44,070 nt of DNA from Intestinibacter sp. (GCF_022780145.1 NZ_JALEXO010000340.1:1-44070), one strand, 5' to 3'. Positions 20,560-31,467 are shown, numbered from the stretch's first letter. Notes: generated by a model from the sequence alone, not told the origin. Translations and numbers: made by a program.

Positions 20560-23500
20560 ATGGAAGACAATAAAGTTAATGAGAGATTTAATATCATAAA
20601 GATTTTTTTCTTAGTTGCCTTTACTGTAATCATATTGAAAATGCTATATATGAATATATTTCAATATGATTATTATACAAGTCTTGCAGACAATAAAACA
20701 TATAAAGAAGTTACTATAAAGGCTGCAAGAGGAGAGATTAGAGACAGATATGGAAGACTTTTAGCCGGAAATACAAATTCTTTTGTAGTTGAAGTATCAA
20801 GCGATCAATTGACTGCATCAGGAAATGATGCAAATGGTATTGCCTTAAAAATAATGAATAAATTAATAGAAAATGATGAAGATTATGAAGATGATTTTCC
20901 TATTATTATAGATGAAAATGGAAACTTTTCTTATACATATGATCAAAATGTAAGTGAGTACAAAGAAAAGAACAATATCCCAGCCAATTTAAATGCAAAA
21001 GAAACATTCTACTATTTAGTAGACAGTCTTATTGACGATGGAACATTAAAAAAATCTGATAGAGATTTAAAACCAGCAGAGCTTCAAAAGAAGCTTAATA
21101 GCAAGGGGTATTATCCTCCTATTTTAGTTTCTAACTTTACATTTACAGAAATTAAAGACAAGAACGATTGGTTGGAGAGTTTTGTTAAAAAACTTAAAAC
21201 AGGCGAAAAAATCGAAGTCAAAAAGACTGATAGTGCAAAGGTCGCATTTCAAAAGATTAGAAAGTACTATGAAATCGATGAAAGCTTAAGTGACCAAGAT
21301 GCTAGAAAAATACTTGTAGTTAGAAACTTGATAAAATCTCAAGGATATAAAACTTATTATCCTGTTACATTAGCTTCAAATGTATCAGAAAAAACAATAT
21401 CTTTTGTAGAAGAAAATGCAGCTAATATGTCTGGAATTTCTATATCTAGTAAGCCTATTAGATATTATCCAAATAAAGAATTGGCATCTCATGTATTGGG
21501 TTATGTAGGAAAAATTCCATCTCAACAAGTAGATGAATATTTAAACAATAAAGAAAAGGAATATCAGTCAGATGATATTGTCGGCCTTACAGGAATTGAG
21601 GCAACACAAGAGGATAATCTAAAAGGTATTGATGGATATAAAAAAGTAAAAGTAAATGCAACTGGTAAAATTACAGATGAGTTAGAGGTTAAAGAGCCTG
21701 TGTCAGGTGATACAGTTTATCTAACTCTAGATATGGATTTACAAAAGGTAGCAGAAGAAGGGTTGGAAAAGACTATAAAAGTCGCAAATACTGGAGGAAC
21801 TTTTAAAAGCGACTATGGAGATGTACCTGTAAGTGGTGGAGCGTTAAATGCAAAAACAGGAGCAGTTATAGCCGTAGATATAAAGACAGGAGAGGTTTTA
21901 GCATCAGCAAGTTATCCAGATTACGATCCTAACTTATTTGTAACAGGTATTTCGTCAAAGGATTACAAAAAATTACAACCTAAAAATCCAAATGATACTC
22001 TAGCTGCCAGTCCACTTTTAAATTTAGTAACTCAAGGTGTATTCCAACCAGGTTCTACATTTAAGATGGTAACAGGAATGGCTGCTTTAGAAAATGGATT
22101 AGATCCAAATTACACAATAGCTGATACAGGTGTTATAAAACTTGAAGGACAGACCTTTGGGGATGCCGTTTGGAATAAATCTAGAGGCAACCACGGTGCT
22201 GTAAATCTATATAAAGCTATACAAGAGTCATGTAATATCTACTTTGGTATAGTTGGTACTGGAACAAACTTTTTAAATGAAAGTCATAATCCAGGAATAA
22301 AAATGAATTCAAAGAAAATACTTAAATATGCTAAGTTATTTGGTTTAAACGAAAATACTGGTCTAGAAGATGAAATAACTGAGACAGCAGGTAAGGTACC
22401 TAGTGAAGAGGATAAAATTAACTCAACTAAAATATCACTTAGATCTTATTTAAATTTAAATATATTAGATAGCTTTACTGATATAGATGAAAATGACGAT
22501 GAAGAGATGGATAAGAGAATAGATGAAATTGTAAGTTGGGTAGATGAATATCCTTGTCCAGGAAGAGGTGAAGTTATGAATCGCCTTGCAAATTTAAATG
22601 TAAAAGAAGATAGAGTAGAAGATTTAGCCGATTCTATATTATTTACATATTTAAAATTTGCTAGATGGACTACTTCTGACAACTTAAACTTATCTATAGG
22701 CCAAGGTGAAAATGCATATACTCCATCACAAATTGTAAGATATGTCATGGCAATTGCAAATGGAGGTTATTTGACAGACTTGACTTTAACTAAGAAGGTT
22801 GTAAATACTGATTATGAGACAACATTCGAAAGTAAAGTAGTATCTAAAAAAATTGATTTTAAAGACGATGATAATTTAAAAGAGTTAATAAAAGGTATGA
22901 AGCTAGTTACAACAGAAGGTACAGCGGCAAAATACTTTGCCAATTTCCCTGTGGCAGTTGCAGCAAAAAGTGGTACTGCCGAAAGAAATGATAAAATACC
23001 TACATCAAATGAATATAAATATTTGATGAATCATTTATCTAGTTATGGAGTCAATAAAGACAAAGTACTAAAAGTCTACAATCAATTGAGAAAAGATAGA
23101 GAAGCTGAATTAACTAAAAATAGAATAAAAGAAATAAAAGAAGAATTGAAAAAAGATGATTTGGATGATGAAACAAGAGAAGAATTAGAAAAAGAACTAA
23201 AAGACGGTGTTGATGAAAAATTAGCTAATACAGACAAAATAAATGCTGCTTATTTGAGAAGAGCTATAAAGAAGGTTAAACCATCTATTACAGATGAAAA
23301 GATAGATGCATATAAACAAACTTATGGAGATTTTGGTTGGGCAGTAGCATTTGCTCCAGCAGATGATCCAGAGATAGCAGTAGCGGCAGTTATTCCTCAA
23401 GGTACTACAGCTACTTATGCATTCTTGCCAATAAAGGATATAATAGGATATTATGTATCTGGTTCACCTGAAGATACAAAGGACTCTTCTGAAAATAAAT

Positions 23501-23604
23501 CAGATAATGGAGATAATACTTATCAAAATTCTAATTCTAATGACAGCAGTAAAGATACAGGTAGTGACAATAAATTAAATTTTCAAGTTCAAATAAAAAA
23601 ATAA
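20560..23604 (+). CDS. mrdA: Class B penicillin-binding protein 2 (elongasome transpeptidase)
   Basis: ARGEIRDRYG, RYYP, PGSTFK (SxxK), SCN (SxN), KSG; large insertions. Confidence 0.92.
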   Translation: MEDNKVNERFNIIKIFFLVAFTVIILKMLYMNIFQYDYYTSLADNKTYKEVTIKAARGEIRDRYGRLLAGNTNSFVVEVSSDQLTASGNDANGIALKIMNKLIENDEDYEDDFPIIIDENGNFSYTYDQNVSEYKEKNNIPANLNAKETFYYLVDSLIDDGTLKKSDRDLKPAELQKKLNSKGYYPPILVSNFTFTEIKDKNDWLESFVKKLKTGEKIEVKKTDSAKVAFQKIRKYYEIDESLSDQDARKILVVRNLIKSQGYKTYYPVTLASNVSEKTISFVEENAANMSGISISSKPIRYYPNKELASHVLGYVGKIPSQQVDEYLNNKEKEYQSDDIVGLTGIEATQEDNLKGIDGYKKVKVNATGKITDELEVKEPVSGDTVYLTLDMDLQKVAEEGLEKTIKVANTGGTFKSDYGDVPVSGGALNAKTGAVIAVDIKTGEVLASASYPDYDPNLFVTGISSKDYKKLQPKNPNDTLAASPLLNLVTQGVFQPGSTFKMVTGMAALENGLDPNYTIADTGVIKLEGQTFGDAVWNKSRGNHGAVNLYKAIQESCNIYFGIVGTGTNFLNESHNPGIKMNSKKILKYAKLFGLNENTGLEDEITETAGKVPSEEDKINSTKISLRSYLNLNILDSFTDIDENDDEEMDKRIDEIVSWVDEYPCPGRGEVMNRLANLNVKEDRVEDLADSILFTYLKFARWTTSDNLNLSIGQGENAYTPSQIVRYVMAIANGGYLTDLTLTKKVVNTDYETTFESKVVSKKIDFKDDDNLKELIKGMKLVTTEGTAAKYFANFPVAVAAKSGTAERNDKIPTSNEYKYLMNHLSSYGVNKDKVLKVYNQLRKDREAELTKNRIKEIKEELKKDDLDDETREELEKELKDGVDEKLANTDKINAAYLRRAIKKVKPSITDEKIDAYKQTYGDFGWAVAFAPADDPEIAVAAVIPQGTTATYAFLPIKDIIGYYVSGSPEDTKDSSENKSDNGDNTYQNSNSNDSSKDTGSDNKLNFQVQIKK

Positions 23605-23667
23605 AAAGGTGATTAATATATTTATGAAGAATATAGTAAATAAATTGATATCACTCTGGAGGTTGTT

Positions 23668-24372
23668 ATGTCTTTAAAAGAAGTTTCTGCCAGTGAACTT
23701 GTTGAATTTAAAGGCAATAAAAAAGGTATAGTTGTGAATATAAAAAAGGTAGCTCCTTTTGATGTTGTTAAAGATTCAATAATTAATAGGTTAGAAGAAT
23801 ATGTAGGATTTTTTAATGGAGCCAAAATCTGTGAAATTAATTGTGATTACTTAAGTGATATTCAAATAATGATAATAAAAGAAGAGCTTACGTCTAGATT
23901 TGATATAGAATTTACAGAGGATCAAGAGAAAAAGCAATTAGGTTTATTTGATACCAAATATGTTGATAATTTAAGGTCTGGTGAAAATATAGTATATGAT
24001 GGAGATATAGTCGTTATGCAAGATATGAATCCAGGTTCACAATTGACTTCAATAAGAGATATAGTTATTATGGGTAATATAAGCGCTGGAGCGAGAGCTA
24101 TTGCAGCAGGAAATATAATTGTTATGGGTAAAATTGAAGGATTTGTGCATGCAGGCGCGGGTGGTAATGACAGAGCCTATATAGTCGGAAACTGTCTATG
24201 TCCTAAGGTTTTACAAATTGCCGATAATATAGCTGAGGCGCCCGATGATGATGAAAGTAACCAAGAAATTAAAGAAATCAGCCCAGAGATAGCCTTTGTA
24301 AGTGAAGGACGAATAGTAATAGAGAGTTACTTACCTAAAAATATAAAAAACAAGGAAATCTATAGGGGGTAG
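23668..24372 (+). CDS. minC: Septum site-determining protein MinC
   Basis: LRSG, GDIVV, AAGNIIVMG, HAGAGG. Confidence 0.92.
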   Translation: MSLKEVSASELVEFKGNKKGIVVNIKKVAPFDVVKDSIINRLEEYVGFFNGAKICEINCDYLSDIQIMIIKEELTSRFDIEFTEDQEKKQLGLFDTKYVDNLRSGENIVYDGDIVVMQDMNPGSQLTSIRDIVIMGNISAGARAIAAGNIIVMGKIEGFVHAGAGGNDRAYIVGNCLCPKVLQIADNIAEAPDDDESNQEIKEISPEIAFVSEGRIVIESYLPKNIKNKEIYRG

Positions 24373-24376
24373 TGAG

Positions 24377-25174
24377 ATGAGTGAAGTTATCGTTATAACA
24401 TCAGGTAAGGGTGGAGTTGGTAAAACAACGACAGTTGCGAATTTAGGAACAGCATTAAGTTTTGAAAATAAAAAAACAGTAGTTGTAGATGCTGATATAG
24501 GACTTAGAAACTTAGATGTAGTTATGGGTCTTGAAAATAGAATAGTTTACGACATAGTTGACGTTGTTGAAGGTACTTGTAAATTAAAACAAGCATTAAT
24601 CAAGGATAAAAGATTTGAAAATTTATACTTACTACCAGCAGCTCAAACTAGAGATAAAAATGCAGTATCAGAGGAACAAATGGAAGAATTATGTCAAAGA
24701 TTAAAGGAATCATTTGACTATATTATAATAGATTGTCCAGCTGGTATTGAACAAGGGTTTAAAAATGCCATAGCAGGAGCAGATAGAGCGTTAGTAGTAA
24801 CTAATCCAGAAGTTTCTGCTGTAAGAGATGCAGATAGAATAATAGGCTTATTAGAGGCTAATGAAATTAGTAATATTCAGCTTATAATAAATAGAATAAG
24901 ACAAGACATGGTTAAACGCGGCGATATGATGGATAAACAAGATATAGTAGAAATACTAGCTATAGATCTAATTGGTATGGTTCCAGATGATGAAAGTATA
25001 ATAATTTCTACGAACAAAGGTGAGCCTGCAATCTTAGACGAAAAATCTCTTGCTGGTAAAGCCTACAAAAACATAGCAAAAAGAATATTGGGTCATGATA
25101 TTCCTATTATGGAACTTCAAACTCAAGAAGGATTTTTCAGTAAAATTAAAAGAATGTTTGGAACAGCCAAATAG
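24377..25174 (+). CDS. minD: Septum site-determining ATPase MinD
   Basis: TSGKGGVGKTT, DIGLRNLD, C-terminal amphipathic FFSKIKRMF. Confidence 0.97.
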   Translation: MSEVIVITSGKGGVGKTTTVANLGTALSFENKKTVVVDADIGLRNLDVVMGLENRIVYDIVDVVEGTCKLKQALIKDKRFENLYLLPAAQTRDKNAVSEEQMEELCQRLKESFDYIIIDCPAGIEQGFKNAIAGADRALVVTNPEVSAVRDADRIIGLLEANEISNIQLIINRIRQDMVKRGDMMDKQDIVEILAIDLIGMVPDDESIIISTNKGEPAILDEKSLAGKAYKNIAKRILGHDIPIMELQTQEGFFSKIKRMFGTAK

Positions 25175-25188
25175 ATAGGAGGATAATT

Positions 25189-25473
25189 ATGTTCGATTTT
25201 TTTAAGTCATTAAATGGTAGTCCAAAAACGAGCAAAAATGTGGCGAAGGAAAGATTGAAATTAGTATTAGTACACGATAGAATTGATTGTTCTCCACAGC
25301 TATTAGAAGCTATAAAAGATGATATATTAAAGGTTATATCAAATTATGCAGAAATCGATGAAACAGGTTTAGAGATAAAAATGTCTAAAACTAGAAGTGA
25401 AAATGACGATAAACCAGTGTCAGCCTTAGTTGCAAATATACCACTTAAAAATATAAAAGAGAGAAAAATGTAA
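25189..25473 (+). CDS. minE: Topological specificity factor MinE
   Basis: AKERLKLVLVHDR, LVANIP. Confidence 0.95.
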   Translation: MFDFFKSLNGSPKTSKNVAKERLKLVLVHDRIDCSPQLLEAIKDDILKVISNYAEIDETGLEIKMSKTRSENDDKPVSALVANIPLKNIKERKM

Positions 25474-25483
25474 GTTTTTTAAT

Positions 25484-25511
25484 GGGGATATACATCTAAG
25501 TATATCCCTTT
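25484..25511 (+). terminator. Hairpin/weak terminator after minE
   Basis: GGGATATAC-atctaa-GTATATCCC-TTT. Confidence 0.6.
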
Positions 25512-25583
25512 AAACTATAAAATGTTTTTAAGGATTTTGGAAATAAAGATTTTGTTATAAAGTTTTAGAAAGACGGTGAGAAA

Positions 25584-26696
25584 TTGATAGATTATAAAAA
25601 TACTATAAAACTTATAAAAAAAATCGACTGGAAGTTAATTTTAATTGTATTAGCTATATTTATTTACGGCATAGTAATACTAAGTAGTGCTACTCATGCA
25701 AACCAAACAGGTCAATACAAAAGATTAATCGTACAAACTTTTGCATTTTGTCTAGGTTTAGTTCTCGTATTATTTATTTTGATGATTGACTATAATATAA
25801 TGGGGAAACATTATAAAGAACTTTATGTAGTTAGTATAGCATTACTTGCCTTAGTATTAGTATTTGGAGATAGTAGAGGTGGAGCCAAATCTACATTTGA
25901 CCTTAAAATATTGGATTTGCAGGTAATAGAAGTCGTTAAAATAACCTTTATATTGAGTTTTGCAAAAATAGTTGAAAATCATAAAGGAAAGTTAAATACT
26001 CTAAAAGAAATTTTTGACGTTGTAATCTATGCAATACCTGTCATAGGGCTTATAATAGTACAACCGGATTTAGGTGGAGCTATTATATTCTGCTGTATAG
26101 TATTTGGGATGATATTTTCTGCTGGCATAGATAGAAAAATATTGATAAAGGCAGGAGTAATAGTTTTAATATTACTTCCTATTATGTATATGGCTATGGA
26201 TACCTATCAAAAAAATAGAATCCTAGGATTTATGAATCCAGAAGATACTTCTATAGAGGGTAATTACCAGCTTATGCAATCTATGATAGCAATTGGCTCT
26301 GGAGGAATGACTGGTAAGGGGCTATACAATGGTACACAAAATCAAGAAGACTTTTTACCTATACAAGATAGTGACTTTATATTTGCAGTTGTTGTAGAAG
26401 AGCTAGGTGTAGTAGGAGGAGCCTTGTTAGTTGGACTATATGCTGCCTTTTTATTTAGAATGATAAAAATTGCTAGAGAGTCGAAGGATATCTACGGTGC
26501 CTTTGTCGTAATTGGAGTCGTCTGCATGTTTGGATACCAGATTGTGCAAAACATAGGAATGACGATGGGATTAATTCCAGTAACGGGCGTAACGTTATCG
26601 TTTATAAGCTATGGAGGTAGTGCTGTCATGACATCTCTTGCCATTATAGGAATTGTTTTAAATGTCGGTATGAGACGTAAAAAGATTAATTTCTAG
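25584..26696 (+). CDS. rodA: SEDS peptidoglycan glycosyltransferase RodA
   Basis: QPDLG, YQ..QS.IAIGSGG, DFIFAVVVEELG, VTGVTLSFISYGGS. Confidence 0.92.
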   Translation: MIDYKNTIKLIKKIDWKLILIVLAIFIYGIVILSSATHANQTGQYKRLIVQTFAFCLGLVLVLFILMIDYNIMGKHYKELYVVSIALLALVLVFGDSRGGAKSTFDLKILDLQVIEVVKITFILSFAKIVENHKGKLNTLKEIFDVVIYAIPVIGLIIVQPDLGGAIIFCCIVFGMIFSAGIDRKILIKAGVIVLILLPIMYMAMDTYQKNRILGFMNPEDTSIEGNYQLMQSMIAIGSGGMTGKGLYNGTQNQEDFLPIQDSDFIFAVVVEELGVVGGALLVGLYAAFLFRMIKIARESKDIYGAFVVIGVVCMFGYQIVQNIGMTMGLIPVTGVTLSFISYGGSAVMTSLAIIGIVLNVGMRRKKINF

Positions 26697-26748
26697 AAGT
26701 TATAAATACAATATAATAAAAATGAAAAGTGAGTAATGTAATTTATAA

Positions 26749-26806
26749 AAACAAAAAATCTATGGAATCTAAGAAATTGAATTTAGAGTCCATAGATTTT
26801 TTGTTT
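26749..26806. repeat. 24-bp inverted repeat (1 mismatch), probably a terminator
   Basis: AAACAAAAAATCTATGGAATCTAA / TTAGAGTCCATAGATTTTTTGTTT. Confidence 0.75.
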
Positions 26807-27056
26807 ATAGAGTATAATTAATTGATAAAATTAAGTATAATTTATAAGTTTGCTTGGAAAAATAAGCTATAATATAAGTATAAATATAAAAACTATAGTT
26901 ATTACTGAATAATGACTTTTGGTTTAACTATAAACAAAGTACTTTGAACATAATATTTTATAGTGTATAATAAAATCCATATTGGTTTTATATCTATTAA
27001 TATATAAAAATGATTGATTTGTAATTTAAGTAAAAATATGGAGGGTTAAAAAATAG

Positions 27057-28901
27057 ATGGATAATAAAAAATTTAAAAAAATACTTAAAAAAGTAGAAAA
27101 ACCTGCTAGATATCTTGGAAATGAAATAAATTCTATTCATAAAGATACTACAAATGAAAACTTAATAAGATATGCACATTGTTTCCCAGATTTATACGAA
27201 GTAGGGATGAGTCATTTAGGTAGTCAAATACTATACAGAGTAATAAATAGAGATGAAGACGTATTTTGCGAAAGGGTATACGCTCCAGCTCAAGATATGG
27301 AAGCTATTATGAGAGAAAACGACATACCTCTATTTGCGTTAGAATCTAGACAATCTATAAGGGATTTTGATTTTGTAGCATTTACTCTTCAATACGAGCT
27401 TTCATACTCTAATATACTAAATATGATGGATTTAGCTGGTATTCCTATAATGAGAGAGGACAGAGAGTTAGACGATCCATTTATAATGGTAGGAGGGTCA
27501 TGTGCGTATAACTGTGAACCACTTGCTGATTTTATAGATATAGCTATATTAGGTGAAGGTGAAGAGGTAAACTTAGAAGTCGTAAACGAATACAAGGAGT
27601 GGAAGAAAAACAAGACTACTAGAGAGGATTTTTTAGCTAGAGTTGCAAAAATAGAAGGAGTTTATATCCCAAGCTTCTACGATGTCGAATACAACGAAGA
27701 CGAAACTATAAAGAGCGTAAAACCAAACAGAGAAGGTGTACCTGAAAAAGTACACAAAAGAATAATGAGAAATATGGATGAGGTTTACTATCCAGAAAAA
27801 TTAATAGTTCCTTATATAGAAATAGTACACGATAGAGTAGTTTTAGAATTATTCAGAGGATGTACAAGAGGATGTAGATTCTGTCAAGCCGGTATGATTT
27901 ACAGACCTATAAGAGAAAAGAGCATCGAGAATTTATCTAAATCTGTAAGAGAATTAGTAGACAATACAGGATATGACGAAATATCTCTATCATCACTTAG
28001 TACAAGCGACTACTCTAAGTTATCAGAGCTTACTGATTTCTTAGTCGATGAATTTACACCAGAAAACATAGGTATATCTCTACCATCGCTTAGACTTGAC
28101 AATTTCTCTATGGAAATAGCAGAAAAAATACAACAAGTCAGAAAATCTGGACTTACATTTGCACCAGAAGCCGGTACTCAAAGACTTAGAGATGTAATCA
28201 ACAAGGGTGTAACAGAAGCAGACTTAAAAAACACAACTAAAAAGGCATTTGAAATGGGCTGGGACAGTGTTAAGCTTTACTTTATGATAGGTCTTCCAAC
28301 TGAAACATACGAGGATTTAGACGGTATAGGAAAGCTTGCATACGATGTTATAGATACTTATAGAACAGTACACGGTGGAAAGCTTAAGAGAAAATTCTCA
28401 GTTACAGTGAGTACATCTACATTTGTACCAAAACCATTTACTCCATTCCAATGGCATGGACAAGATAAGACTGAAGAAGTTATAAATAAACAACATTACT
28501 TGATAAAAGCTCTTAAAAATAGAGATATAAAATACAACTACCACGATTCAAGAACTAGTTTAATGGAGGCAGTACTTGCAAGAGGCGACAGAAGACTAGG
28601 AAAGGTATTATACGACGCATTTAAAATGGGTGCAAAATTCGATGGATGGAATGAATTTTTCAAATTAGAAATATACGAAGAAGCTATGGCAAAAAATAAT
28701 TTAAGTATAGATTTTTATGCAAACAGAGAGAGATCTTATGATGAAGTATTCCCTTGGGACCATATAGATGTCGGTGTCAGCAAGAAATTCTTAATCAGAG
28801 AAAATGAAAAAGCAAAACAAGAAAAGGTAACAGTTGACTGTAGACATCAATGTAATGGCTGTGGAATAAATGTACATGATATTGGAAAGGGGTTGTGTTA
28901 G
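27057..28901 (+). CDS. Radical SAM protein (TIGR03960-type)
   Basis: PARYLGNE, FPDLYEVGMSHLG, GCTRGCRFC (CxxxCxxC), TFAPEAGTQRLR. Confidence 0.9.
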   Translation: MDNKKFKKILKKVEKPARYLGNEINSIHKDTTNENLIRYAHCFPDLYEVGMSHLGSQILYRVINRDEDVFCERVYAPAQDMEAIMRENDIPLFALESRQSIRDFDFVAFTLQYELSYSNILNMMDLAGIPIMREDRELDDPFIMVGGSCAYNCEPLADFIDIAILGEGEEVNLEVVNEYKEWKKNKTTREDFLARVAKIEGVYIPSFYDVEYNEDETIKSVKPNREGVPEKVHKRIMRNMDEVYYPEKLIVPYIEIVHDRVVLELFRGCTRGCRFCQAGMIYRPIREKSIENLSKSVRELVDNTGYDEISLSSLSTSDYSKLSELTDFLVDEFTPENIGISLPSLRLDNFSMEIAEKIQQVRKSGLTFAPEAGTQRLRDVINKGVTEADLKNTTKKAFEMGWDSVKLYFMIGLPTETYEDLDGIGKLAYDVIDTYRTVHGGKLKRKFSVTVSTSTFVPKPFTPFQWHGQDKTEEVINKQHYLIKALKNRDIKYNYHDSRTSLMEAVLARGDRRLGKVLYDAFKMGAKFDGWNEFFKLEIYEEAMAKNNLSIDFYANRERSYDEVFPWDHIDVGVSKKFLIRENEKAKQEKVTVDCRHQCNGCGINVHDIGKGLC

Positions 28902-29602
28902 TTATGAGTAAATTAATAAGAGTTAAGTACAAAAAAGAAGATGAAATGATTTTTATATCTCATCTAGATTTACAAAGACTACTACAAAGAGCTTTTAGAA
29001 GAGCTAAGATAACTTTAAGTTATTCTGAAGGATTTAATCCTCATCCTAAGATGAGCTATGGTAATGCACTTGCTTTAGGTGTGGAAAGCCAAGGAGAATA
29101 TGTCGACATCGAGATTGAAGACGATATAGAAGTAAAGGAATTTTTACAAAGAATTAATGATGAGTTACCAGATGGAATTAAATTTATAAAGGCAAAGGAA
29201 ATAGATCCTAAAACACCTTCATTATCTTCAATAATAGTTTATGGAGAATATATATTTAGTATAGACTTAGAAAAACCTCTAAGCAAGGAGTTCGTTAAGT
29301 CTAGAGTATTAAAATTCATAAAGAGCAAAGAAATAATAGTAACAAAGAAAAACAAAAAAGGAAAAAATGTAGAAGTTGATATTAGACCTTTAATCAAGAA
29401 TTTCGACTTAGTTAGCTTAGATGACGAGAGAGTTACATTTGTATCTACTATAGCGACAGGTTCAAAGGCTAACTTAAATATAAATATATTGATACCTCAA
29501 ATTTTAGATATGCTTTGTTTAGAAATGGATCCAAGAGATGTAAATGTTTTAAGACGTGATTTATACGCAGTTGAAGATGGTCAATTAGTAACTCCACTTT
29601 AG
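28895..29602 (+). CDS. Radical SAM-linked protein (TIGR03936/DUF2344-type)
   Basis: FISHLDL.R..QRAFRRA, YSEGFNPHPK. Confidence 0.88.
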   Translation: MLVMSKLIRVKYKKEDEMIFISHLDLQRLLQRAFRRAKITLSYSEGFNPHPKMSYGNALALGVESQGEYVDIEIEDDIEVKEFLQRINDELPDGIKFIKAKEIDPKTPSLSSIIVYGEYIFSIDLEKPLSKEFVKSRVLKFIKSKEIIVTKKNKKGKNVEVDIRPLIKNFDLVSLDDERVTFVSTIATGSKANLNINILIPQILDMLCLEMDPRDVNVLRRDLYAVEDGQLVTPL

Positions 29603-29619
29603 TATATATTTTAAAATAA

Positions 29620-31032
29620 GTGAGAGCAGATATGAAACAAATTATAGTGCAGTCTTTAATTTCATCTACTCAAACAGCAGTGATGGAGGACGATAAGCTT
29701 GTAGAATTATTAATTGAAGATAATATACATAAAAAAACAAAATCCAATATATACAGGGGCATAGTTAAAAATATAAAGCCGGGAATAGAGGCAGCATTTG
29801 TAGATATAGGTTTTGAAAAGATGGCGTATTTACCGATTAAAAATTCTGATGACATCAAAAATGGTATGGAGGTTCTTGTACAAATTAAAAAGGAATCAGT
29901 AGGAACTAAAGCCCCTAAGCTAACACAGGAGATAAGTTTGTCTGGTAGGTATTTGGTATTGATTCCATCTAACGATAGAACTACTATATCAAATAAAATA
30001 CTAGATGAAAAAGAGAGATTTAGGCTTAAAAAGATAGTAAAATCCTTTAATAAAGAAAATATAGGTATAATAATCAGAACAGAGGCTGTTGGATGTGATA
30101 TAGATAAACTTAAAGAGGATTTTGATTTATTAGTAAATAAATACCAAAATATATTAAAGCAATTTAAGCTTGGAATTGGACCAAAATTAATTTATAGAGA
30201 ATTGGATTTAGATACAAAATATATTAAAGATAATATCAATGAAAATATAGATAAAATAATATTCAATGATAAAAATAAATATACAGAGATTAAAAGTATA
30301 TTAAATAAAATAGATAAGAATTATATAAATAAATTAGTTTTAGAGGAAAATAAAGACGTATTTGATTTATACAAGGTTTCAAAAGAAATAGAAAAAGCTC
30401 TAAGCAAAAAGGTATGGCTAAAAAGTGGCGGATACTTGATAATAGAGAAAACAGAGGCACTGACAGTTATAGATGTAAATACAGGTAAATTTACAGGAAA
30501 TATCTCTAGAGAAGAGACTATGTACAAGACAAACATAGAAGCCTGCGAAGAAATTGCAAGACAATTAAAGATAAGAGATATTGGTGGAATAATAATAGTA
30601 GATTTTATTGATTTATACAAAAAAAAATCAAAGGAAAATTTAATAAAAATATTAGAAGAAAATTTAAATAAGGATAAAAGAAAATCAGAGGTCTTAGGAA
30701 TAACTAAGCTAGGACTTGTAGAAATTGCTAGAAGAAGAGAAAAAGACTCTATTGATTCTTATTATTTGAGAGCCTGTGAGCGATGTAGAAGTGATTTTAG
30801 TCGAAAATCGATAAATTACATATTAGATGATTTAGAAAAGGAAATTATGAGAATTAAAGAGCACACAGATTATAAAAATATTCTAGTGGAGTTTATACCG
30901 TATATTTACGATGAAATTAAAAATAATTATATAGCGGTTTTAAATAAAATCGAAGCTAAATACGATATAAATATTGAAATAGCAAAAGCGCAAAAAATAA
31001 ATCAAAAAGACACAAAAATTATTTTTAAATAA
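29620..31032 (+). CDS. rng: Ribonuclease E/G family
   Basis: AAFVDIG S1 domain, EALTVIDVNTG, LKIRDIGGIIIVDFID. Confidence 0.93.
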   Translation: MRADMKQIIVQSLISSTQTAVMEDDKLVELLIEDNIHKKTKSNIYRGIVKNIKPGIEAAFVDIGFEKMAYLPIKNSDDIKNGMEVLVQIKKESVGTKAPKLTQEISLSGRYLVLIPSNDRTTISNKILDEKERFRLKKIVKSFNKENIGIIIRTEAVGCDIDKLKEDFDLLVNKYQNILKQFKLGIGPKLIYRELDLDTKYIKDNINENIDKIIFNDKNKYTEIKSILNKIDKNYINKLVLEENKDVFDLYKVSKEIEKALSKKVWLKSGGYLIIEKTEALTVIDVNTGKFTGNISREETMYKTNIEACEEIARQLKIRDIGGIIIVDFIDLYKKKSKENLIKILEENLNKDKRKSEVLGITKLGLVEIARRREKDSIDSYYLRACERCRSDFSRKSINYILDDLEKEIMRIKEHTDYKNILVEFIPYIYDEIKNNYIAVLNKIEAKYDINIEIAKAQKINQKDTKIIFK

Positions 31033-31034
31033 TA

Positions 31035-31063
31035 TTGACTTTTATCCAAAAAAGATGTAATAT
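31035..31063 (+). promoter_or_regulatory. SigA promoter of rplU operon
   Basis: TTGACT-17 nt-TAATAT. Confidence 0.7.
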
Positions 31064-31070
31064 TAATAAC

Positions 31071-31140
31071 TGTAATGCCGCACAGAAAAGGTTAAAATCT
31101 TTCTTATGAAAGTACCTATATGGCGAGTTTGAGACCGAGG
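31071..31140 (+). ncRNA. Ribosomal protein L21 leader
   Basis: GCCGCAC...AGGT...ACCT...TGGCGAGT directly upstream of rplU; boundaries approximate. Confidence 0.75.
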
Positions 31141-31152
31141 AGGTGTATATGA

Positions 31153-31467
31153 ATGTACGCTATAGTTAAAACAGGTGGGAAACAATATAAAGTTTCTCAA
31201 GGTGATGTATTATTTGTAGAAAAATTAGAAGCTAACGAAGGTGACGTTGTAACTTTAGATCAAGTATTAGCTGTTGCTGGTGAAGACGGAAAATTAACTG
31301 TTGGTGCTCCAGTAGTAGAAGGTGCTACTGTATCTGCTAAAGTTGTAGCTCAAGGTAAAGCTAAAAAAGTAATAGTTTACAAATACAAAGCTAAAAAAGA
31401 CTACAGAAGAAAACAAGGACATCGTCAACCATATACTAAGTTAGTTATAGAAGCAATAAACGCTTAG
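31153..31467 (+). CDS. rplU: 50S ribosomal protein L21
   Basis: [23 protein letters not shown]. Confidence 0.98.
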   Translation: MYAIVKTGGKQYKVSQGDVLFVEKLEANEGDVVTLDQVLAVAGEDGKLTVGAPVVEGATVSAKVVAQGKAKKVIVYKYKAKKDYRRKQGHRQPYTKLVIEAINA

